64,000 bases of DNA from an uncultured delta proteobacterium (GTDB taxonomy: Bacteria > Desulfobacterota > WTBG01 > CAIYCZ01): the NCBI GenBank assembly GCA_963803975.1, contig CAWDOY010000039.1:1-64000 (forward strand), in the 5' to 3' direction. The notes beneath the pieces are model-generated. The model worked only from the letters and a program-made list of their open reading frames with translations. It was not told where the DNA came from and did not search any database. Position 1 is the first letter of the stretch. Every line of letters begins with the position of its first letter. The translations under genes and the position numbers were made by a program. Shown piece by piece: positions 55,796-64,000 of this stretch.

Positions 55796-58700
55796 GCCTT
55801 GTTACCTCCTCTCTCTACTTTTTCTATATTACAGAGAAATGCCTTGTACTCGGGGATGTTTGAAACAGGGCTCTGCGCCTCCGAGGTGAGGACGTTGGCC
55901 GTGTCTCCCGTGGCCATGCCCGCGTAACCGAAGTGCCACGGCATCCCTACCTGCTCGATTGATTTGCCGTCCACCAGGAACGGTTTAAGGCGGGCGGTGA
56001 CCAGGGCGTATGCCTCGATGGAACCCCGCTGGTTGAAGACACGCACCCGGTCGCCGTTGCTGATACCCTGTGTCTCGGCCAGCGATTCGCTTATCTCCAC
56101 GAACATATCCGGCACCAGCTCCACCAGCCACGGGCAGGCTGCGGGTCATGGAGCCGGTCTGCCAGTGCTCGGTCACCCGGTAGGTGGTTCCGATATAGGG
56201 GAATGCTTTGATGTCAGATGCTGGTGTCCTTGGGGATCTTGACCATCGGGTTGTTCTGCACTTTGGAGAGCAGGTTTCTGGCCGGGCTCTCCATCGGTTC
56301 GTAGTGCTCGGGGAACGGCCCGTCCTTCATGGTGAGGGCATAGAGGCGCCCCACGTCCTTCGGCAATCATGATGAACGGGGAGGTGCCCTTCTCGTCTTC
56401 CATCGGCGGGGTGCCGCCATCAGGCACATCCCCTTCCCATTTTTTCTCCGCCGGGTTCCAGGCGATTACCGGGCGCTTCGGGTTAAAGGGCTGCCCGGCC
56501 GTGATTGACCGAGGCGCGGTTATAGATGATGCGCCGGTTGACCGGCCAGGACCAGGCCCACTTCGGGATACATGCCAAGACCATTGGGCAGGTCAGCCGG
56601 GTCGCGGCGGGCCATCATGTTTCCCTTGCCGGTGTAGGAGCCGCAGTAGATCCAGCAGCCGGACGCGGTGGAGCCGTCGTCCTGCAGGGACGGCAAATGC
56701 CGGCACCTGCTCGCCGGCCTTGTAATTCAACGGTCTTGTCTTTATCTTTTACGCTGGTGTCCCGCGTGAAGTAGCCGTTTATCTCGCGGGCCACCTGGTG
56801 CACGTCCGGCTCGTGGCCGGTGCCGTAGTCCCAGGCCAGCTTGGTGATCGGCTCGGGAACCTGCCCGCCTTCTTTTTCATAGAGGCTTTTGAGCCGCTTG
56901 TGAAACTGGTCAATGATCCAGAGGTCGCTCTTGGCCTCTCCCGGCGGCTCTACCGCCTTGTAGCGCCACTGGGCCCAGCGGCCGGAGTTGGAGATGCTGC
57001 CCTCTTTTTCCATCGACGCGGCAGCCGGCAGCATGAAAACCTCGGTCTGGATTTCCCGGGGGTTCACGCCGGGGCGTTTCCAGAAGATGGAGGTTTCCGT
57101 TTCCCACAGATCGACCGTTACCAGCCACTTCAGCTTGCCGAGGCCTTTGCGCGCATGGTGGGAATTCGGCCCGCCCACAGCCGGGTTCATCCCCATGCAG
57201 ATCATCCCTTCCAGCCCGCCCTTGCAGGACATTGTTGCGGATCTGCAGGTAGGAATAGTTGCCGCTTCGTTTCGGCAGGTAGTCATAACAGAAGTCGTTT
57301 TCAGCAGTGGCCTGCTCGCCCCACCAGGCCTTGAGCAGGCTGGTCATGTATTTGTCGCCGTTCTGCCACCAGTTGGCGCTTTTGGGCTCGCTGGTCTTTG
57401 GGGAATATTTTGCCGATGTAGGCGTTGCGGTCGACGTCGCTGTACTCAGGCGATGGCAGGTAGCCGGGCAGCACGTGGAAGAGCAGGCCGTAGTCGGTCG
57501 AGCCCTGGACATTGGACTCGCCGCGCAGGGCATTGACGCCGCCGCCCGGCGATGCCCATGTTGCCGAGCAGCATCTGCAGCATGGCCACGGCGCGCACGT
57601 TCTGGGTGCCGTGGGTCGACTGGGTGATCCCCATGGCGTAGAGGATGGTCCCTGCCCGGTCGGGCCGGCCGGTGCTGCAGAAGGCTGCCGCAACCTTGAG
57701 GTAGTCGTCTTTTTTCGTCCCGGTAATGTTGCAGACCATGTCCGCGTCATAGCGGGAATAATGTTTTTTCAGCAGCTGGAAGACGCAGCGCGGGTCCTGC
57801 AGCGTCGGGTCGCGGCGCGCCTTGCCCGGTCGCATCCGTGTCGTAGGCCCAGGCTTTCATGTCGTAGGCCTTCAGCATTTCATCCCATTCGCCGAACATG
57901 CCTTCCTCAAAGCCGTACTTGTCACCGACGATGAACGCCGCATTGGTATAGTCGCGGACATACTCGGCGTGGATGAGGTTGTTCTGCAGGGCGTAATTGA
58001 TCAGCCCTCCCAGAAAGGCGATGTCCGTGCCGGGCCGGATCTGGGCATAGATGTCTGCCTTGGATGCGGTCCGGGTAAAGCGGGGATCGACGGCGATGAG
58101 CTTCGCTCCGTTCTCCAGTGCCGCCTCGATCCATTTAAAGGATATGGGGTGGTTCTCGGCCGGGTTGCAGCCGATGGCCATGATACAATCGCTGTTTTTC
58201 AGGTCGTTCCAGTGATTCGTCATTGCACCGCGTCCGAAAGAGGCCGCAAGACCTGCGACCGTGGACGGAGTGTCAAAGACGCGCCTGGTGCTCGAGGGCG
58301 ACAATCCCCGTGGAGCGGGAAAATTTACTGAGCAGGTAGCACTCCTCGTTGTCCAGCCCGGCCCCGCCCAGCATGGTTATCCCTTCGGTGCGGTTGACCG
58401 TGTACTGTTTGCCGTCCTTCTTGTTGACCTCGCGTGGCCTTGAAGGTCCGGTCGCGGGTTTCCTTCATCAGCCGGGCGATCCGGTCCAGGGCCCAGTCCC
58501 AGGACTTTTCCTCCCAGTGGTCTTCCCCGGGGGCGCGGTACATGTACCTTCTGCAGCCGACGCTCATTGTTCGCCACCTGAAACACTGCCTCTCCTTTGG
58601 AGCAGAGCGAGCCCTGGTTGATCGGATGCAGATCATCCCCCTCGATGTTGACGATCTTGCCGTCCTTGACGGAAACAACCATGCCGCAGCCGACCGCGCA

Positions 58701-58847
58701 GAACGGGCAGATCGTGGTTGTTGTCTTGAGGCCCTTGGTCCGGAGTTCAGGCGAGTTATAGCCGGCCGCAGCCGGTTTCCCGGTGATTGCCAGTCCTGCT
58801 GTCGCGAGGCCGCCCCGGGTCAGAAATTGTCTTCTCGATATCCGCAT
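55792..58847 (-). CDS. fdnG: Tat-exported selenocysteine formate dehydrogenase alpha subunit (many frameshifts)
   Basis: SRRQFL Tat motif, CPFCAVGCG, LCSKG, HQARL-TGA-HSSTVAGLAASFGRGAMTNHW, NALRGESNVQG, TEHWQTG, PEYKA. Confidence 0.92.
58242..58260 (-). promoter_or_regulatory. Bacterial SECIS hairpin
   Basis: GGTCGCA-GGTCT-TGCGGCC, 12 nt 3' of the TGA at 58275-58273 (11 nt if one extra base is an error); resembles E. coli fdhF GGTTGCAGGTCTGCACC. Confidence 0.85.
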
Positions 58848-59729
58848 GTCGATTCCTCCTTGCGCATCCAGTAGCCTTTCAGCGAGCGTTTACCGGAATG
58901 TGCCGAAAAATCCCTCACCCTGCAGCGGGGACACATCGGCACGAAGTTTATTGTTTATCCATGTCTCCTGTCCCTTCCGGGCAGACAGTGTTGCGAGACA
59001 TGATAGCGTTTAACATTAACCGCAGGGAACTCAGGAAGCATATACGCCGGAGAGTTCAGGTGTTGAAAAGGGAATGGTCTGTTGACTCCGGAACCAAATG
59101 AGCTGTGCGGTTACAAGAATTCCATTTTTTTACGGATTGGGGATATACCGGCGTGACAGATGAATAGCCGGGAAGTATGTGCGGCAACGGGGTGGCAGGT
59201 TGATTAAGAGAGTGTCCGTTATTAAGGATATAACTACGTGACACGGGAGAAGCTGGGGAAATTCAGCTTACCCTACTGATTAACAGCGACCCTACAAGCG
59301 CTCCTCAGAAATCATTACATAAAATCCAGTCACAAAATTCCGCCCCGGTCCCGGCATCAATCCATGTGTCGCCAGCGAAAAAATCCGAATGTTGCTCCAG
59401 TCAAGTGTTCGTTCAGTAGAATCAGTATGAGTCGCAGTGCATCATTGCCTGTCTCCGGGCACGGGAATGCGGTAAGAAATCCTGTGTGTCGGTATGCTCC
59501 CCGGAGATGGCATGCAATGGTCATAGCGGATACTATAAAAATGAGTATACTCCTTTTTTATTATATAAGCAATCAGTATCAGCACCGGCTCAGATAAAAA
59601 TTAATACCGATTGTAATGGAAAAAGCGTATGTGGTATGTAAAATTTCTGGCAGATTTTTCCCCTGGCGTTAAAAAAACCTTTCTCTAACCATAAACCGCA
59701 CTATTTATTTGCAGGAAAGAATCGCCGCC

Positions 59730-61734
59730 ATGAATACACTCTACGGATGGACCGGGAAGCTGCTGCAGGCAGATCTGACAGCAGCGGAAATGCACGGAGC
59801 GGAACACGCTTGATTATGCAGAGCGCTTCATCGGCGGGAAAGGCATTGCCGCAAAAATTTACTGGGACAGCATGGCGCCGCAGCGCGATGCCTTTCATCC
59901 TGACAGCCCGCTTATTATAATGACCGGACCGCTTGCCGCAACTGCCGCTCCGGCTGCCTCGCGCTGGCTGGTGGCCGGAAAATCCCCCTCGCTCTACCCG
60001 GAGAACTTTGCCTGCGCGCATCTGGGCGGTTTTTTCGGCGCGGCCCTGAAAAAGGCAGGCTATGACGGCCTCATCATCCAGGGCAGAGCCGCAGGCAGGG
60101 TCTATCTCAGCCTGGACAATGAAAAAGTCGAAATCAAAGAGGCGCGCCATCTGTGGGGCCTGACCACCCGGAAAACAATGGAAGCCATACGGCGTGAACT
60201 GGGAGAACGGGTCAGGATCCTTACCACCGGCCCGGCAGGAGAGAACCTGGTCAGGTTTGCGACCGTGGCCACGGATGCCGGAGGCAGCGGCTCAGCAGGG
60301 TTCGGCGCGGTCATGGGCGCGAAAAATTTAAAAGCCGTGGCCGTGCGGGGGAGCAGCATAATACCGGCGGCAGATCCGGAGTCTTTGAAAGCAATCAGGC
60401 AGAAGATAAAAAAGATGACCGGAGAGGGCTACTTCAACCTCTACGGCAATCCCACCCCCATTTCCGAAGCAGAGATTATAAAGCCGGTGCGCTGTCACGG
60501 CTGCCCGCAGGGGTGCTGGCGCTCGCTGTACCGGACAGCCTCAGGAGAAGAGGGCGTCAGAAAATGCCAGTCCACTTTTTTCTATTCCCTGTGGGACAAA
60601 AAACTGCACGAGGACCTGACCGCGGCGTCCTTTCACGCTACGGCGCTTGCCAATGACTACTCGCTGTGCAGCATGGAACTCCCGGGGCTTCTTATCTGGC
60701 TGGAGCAGTGCATTGCAAAAGGCATCATCACGGAAAAGGAAACGGAGCTTTCCCTGGCAGAGGCAGGAAGCGTCGAATTTATTGAGGCCCTGGTTAAAAA
60801 AATAGCTGCGCGGCAAGGGTTCGGGAATGTTCTTGCCGAGGGCGTGATGCGGGCGGCAGATGCTGTCGGCAGGGGCGCGAAAGAGCTGGCGCTCGATCAT
60901 TTCACCCAATCAGGCCGGGGCATTGCCTACGGGCCGAAGATTTTTTCGCCGTCGGCGCTTATTTTTGCGACCGAGCCGCGGCCCTCTGTTACCGAGCTGC
61001 ATGAAATATGCGAGCCGCTCATAAAATGGGCCCTCTGGTATACAACGGAAGGGACCTTTTCCTATGTATCTACAGAGTTGCTGAGGAAGATCGCTGAGCG
61101 CTTCTGGGGGAGCGCTGAAGCGGTGGACTTTTCAACCTACGCCGGCAAGGCGCTGGCTGCCGCAAAAATCCAGAACCGGCAGCATGCCAAGGATTCTCTC
61201 ATCCTCTGTGACTTTGCCTATCCCCTCTATGATGACGCAAGCTCTGAAGATCATGTTGGTGACCCGGCACTGGAGAGCCGCCTGTTCACTGCTGTTACCG
61301 GGATAGCGATGGACGAGAGCATGCTTGAGCGGGCAGGAGAGAGAATTTTCAATTTAATCCGGGCAATCCTTCTGCGGGAGGGGCGAAAGGGCCGGGAGGA
61401 TGACTATGTGCCGGAAAGCCAGTATATAGAGCGGGAGGAGCCGGTTTATGACGCGTTCGGCATGTTCAACCCTGATCTCTTTCTTCCCGGCAGCGGGGAC
61501 GAGGTTATTTCAGTGAAGGGAAAAGCTCTCAAGCGGGAGGGATTTGCCCGGATGCTCAATGAATATTACGGAATTCGCGGGTGGGATGCCGCGACCGGCT
61601 TTTTCAAAAAGAAAACGCTGGAGGAGCTTGATCTTGCGGACCTGATTGAACCGTTAGCGGGAAAGGTAGGGAAAGTGAAATGGGAAAAGGCACAGAGGCA
61701 TAAGGCAAAAAGTAAAGTGCTGAGTGCTGAGTAG
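59730..61734 (+). CDS. Aldehyde:ferredoxin oxidoreductase family protein (frameshift near 59780)
   Basis: YGWTGKLL..DL, FIGGKG, GPAGEN, GFGAVMGAKNLKA, CHGCPQGC, YY..RGWD. Confidence 0.9.
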
Positions 61735-61922
61735 CGAGCGATGAGTGGGTAATTGGTTACCAGTGGTCCGTGGCACGTAATTGAGAAAATTAAAACGTGG
61801 CAGACGAGAAGGCACAATGCATTCAAAGCTGAAAGCTGACCGCTGATGGCTTGTAAACGAATTTTTATTTTCGCTGTTTCCTTTGCTAAGCTTAAAGCAG
61901 TACCGACAAGAGAAGTGCGGCC

Positions 61923-62532
61923 ATGAAAAAAAAGAGCGCCCTGCTGATTGTTGACGTGCAGAATGATTTCTGCCCGAACGGATACACTGGCAGTTCCGGA
62001 GGGGGATGCCATAATTCCGGTCCTGAATAAATATATAAAAATCTTCTCTGCCGGCAAGCTGCCGATTTTCGCCTCCCGCGACTGGCACCCGAAAAAGACC
62101 TCCCACTTTAAGGATTTTGGCGGGCCGTGGCCGGAGCACTGCGTCCAGGACAGCCACGGCGCCCGTTTCCATCCAATGCTGCGGCTGCCTGAAAGCGCCA
62201 TCATCCTGTCCAAGGGCATGGACCCGGAGACAGACAGCTATTCAGCGTTTCAGGCTGTTGACGCAAAGGGAAATGATTTCGCGCAGTTGCTGAAAACATT
62301 TTCCATTAAAGAACTTTTTGTGGGCGGGCTGGCAACTGACTATTGCGTGCGCTGGACCGTGCTTGACGCCCTGAAATTCGGGCTCAGGGTCTTCCTGCTC
62401 ATGGACGCGATAAAGGGCGTGAACCTGCGGGAAAAAGACTCAGAGTCAGCGGTAGAGGAGATGGTGAGCCTGGGGGCGAAAAAGATTACGATTGAGAAAT
62501 TGTCCCGGATGTTCGCCGGGGAAAGAGGTTAG
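61923..62532 (+). CDS. pncA: Nicotinamidase/pyrazinamidase (frameshift near 61975)
   Basis: MKKKSALLIVDVQNDFCP; RDWHP, WPEHCVQ, SYSAF, GLATDYCV. Confidence 0.9.
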
Positions 62533-62709
62533 GGCTGTGAAACGTGGGATTCGAAGTGGGAGAATAGGGGAAAGGCGAACAGGCACAGAGGCAATAAGGC
62601 ACAAAGTAAAGTGCTGACAGATGATCGCTTCTTTACTCCGAACTCGTTACTCAGTACTCAGCACTACTCAGGCGGCTGACCGCTGACAGCTTATGGCTAA
62701 TCAGCAGTC

Positions 62710-63256
62710 CTACCAGCCGCGCACCCGGCCGGTATCGATGTGGACAAAGTCCGGGTACTTCCCCACTCCGCCGGCCGCTAAGGCGCTTTGCCGTGCGGGA
62801 GATATCCCTGGTGCGGATACCCGGGATGGAAAAATCTACGGCCAGGCCCTGCAGGTGAAGACTTTCTTTTGCCACGCAGTGGCCGGTGCAGCGCAGGTAT
62901 TCGTTGTATTTGCGCGAGCGAAAGCCAGAAATTATTTTCACTTCCCTTGAGGAGCCGAACCGGTCCTTAATTCTGCAGAGCAGGTTTATTACATCAGGGT
63001 CTATGGGTTTTATTTCATTGGTGTAATGGCAGCGCAGGAAATAGTTGATTCTTTCCAAGTCATCTTCCCGCCAGATACCCTTGGCGCTATAACGCAGGCT
63101 GAGATGCTCTCCGGTGTTGATGTTGTCAAGCCTGAGTGCCCGAACTTTGGATTTGGCAAGAGCAGCAAGCACGCTCTGTGAGGAGAGCACCTGCTCAGCG
63201 ATACATAGCCCTGTTGCGGCAAAGAAGGTCTTTAAAAAATCTCTTCGCGAGGTCAT
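62710..63256 (-). CDS. YcbK/DUF882 (MepK-like) peptidase with Tat signal (frameshift near 62780)
   Basis: SRRDFL, ISGFRS, SLHLQGLAVD; shifted end GGVGKYPDFVHIDTGRVRGW. Confidence 0.85.
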
Positions 63257-64000
63257 AGCGTAACATCCTCCGCAATGCCTGATTTTTCATCAACAATACT
63301 GTTTATTTTGTTCCAGTCAACCTTATCAGAGAGGCAGCATTTTTCGATGTGCTTCATCACTTCCCCGGGAAGGGATTGCATTCTTTTGTAAATATCCCGG
63401 TGCACCTCAAGAAAAACCCGGCCTTCACTGCTTTGCGCGAGTTTGACCGGCTCATAGATAATTTCTCCCCTGGTGCCGACCGCAACCAGAGGGAAGAACT
63501 TTTCTATGTGCTCGGGCAGCATCCTGATACAGCCGTGGCTGCGCCACTGGTGCACAGTGGTGGGCCAGATGGTTGCATGGATCATGATGTCAGCCAGAGA
63601 GGTTTTGAACGCATATCTGCCCAGGGGATTGTCCGGCCCCGGCTCCACGAACGTTTTAACCGGCAGGCCGTTCATCTCCATTTCTTCCTGAATTGACACG
63701 GGCACATGCCAGGTAGGGTCCTTTGCCTTGGCGGTGATGGTAAACCTGCCCAGCGGCGTTCGCCATTTTAAATCAGACTTTCCCATCCCGACCGGCAACG
63801 TGGTAAGCTTGCCAGCCTTGAAAAAATAGAGCATCCCTTCGGGGATATTGATAATAATTCCGTCTGCCAAAGACTTAGGCACGATCCGCCGGGTGTTGAC
63901 CATCAGCTGGGTACCGATTTTGAGCCACGCAGCAGTGTCGAGCTGGTTCTCTTTTGCGATATTCTGCCAGTTGACCCCGAGCTTTGCCCCGATGCTGATG
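63253..64000 (-). CDS. L,D-transpeptidase (ErfK/YbiS family), partial at the right edge
   Basis: IIINIPE, TPLG, PTW..P, PGPDNPLG, IHAT..SHGCIRM; the upstream frame looks LysM-like. Confidence 0.9.
   Translation of the reverse strand, partial: ISIGAKLGVNWQNIAKENQLDTAAWLKIGTQLMVNTRRIVPKSLADGIIINIPEGMLYFFKAGKLTTLPVGMGKSDLKWRTPLGRFTITAKAKDPTWHVPVSIQEEMEMNGLPVKTFVEPGPDNPLGRYAFKTSLADIMIHATIWPTTVHQWRSHGCIRMLPEHIEKFFPLVAVGTRGEIIYEPVKLAQSSEGRVFLEVHRDIYKRMQSLPGEVMKHIEKCCLSDKVDWNKINSIVDEKSGIAEDVTL

Noticed and set aside
55792..58847. Programmed frameshifting or true pseudogene status of fdnG
   Set aside because: The shifts are numerous, lack a common slippery motif and match the regional error pattern
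58855..58945. c-di-GMP or Moco/Wco riboswitch upstream of fdnG
   Set aside because: A hairpin (GTGCCGA..TCGGCAC) and GGTAAAC..GAAA..GCGCAAG give only a partial resemblance; the stems do not fit and an Rfam/Infernal scan is needed

Overview
64 kb of chromosome from an anaerobic bacterium; gene content suggests Desulfobacterota/'Deltaproteobacteria' (inference). Core content: tRNA-Sec (selC), trpS, a nitrogen-assimilation block (glnA, an MvhD-like Fe-S protein, a split glutamate synthase with two FMN-barrel paralogs and a GATase-GXGXG fusion, carAB, purF), rnhA, a selenocysteine formate dehydrogenase operon (fdnG with in-frame TGA and SECIS, hybA-like, hybB-like), an aldehyde:ferredoxin oxidoreductase, pncA and an L,D-transpeptidase/YcbK pair. 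Accessory content: three geranylgeranyl-reductase-like flavoproteins, several secreted beta-propeller proteins (one a Kelch-PKD protein with two heme-c motifs), an AT-rich islet with a ParA ATPase fused to a glycogen-binding CBM48-type domain plus a stand-alone CBM48 gene, an ExbB/ExbD-type motor operon with a TonB-like-anchored vWA protein and a large TPR protein, a MoxR/vWA pair, and two secreted proteins sharing a C-terminal domain. Many genes, mostly beyond 33 kb, are broken by small indels, most likely sequencing/assembly errors. Intergenic DNA carries a MITE-like element and many short-period (7-9 nt) palindromic repeat patches. No CRISPR array, rRNA, integrase or transposase was seen. 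All calls come from reading the sequence; no database search was run.
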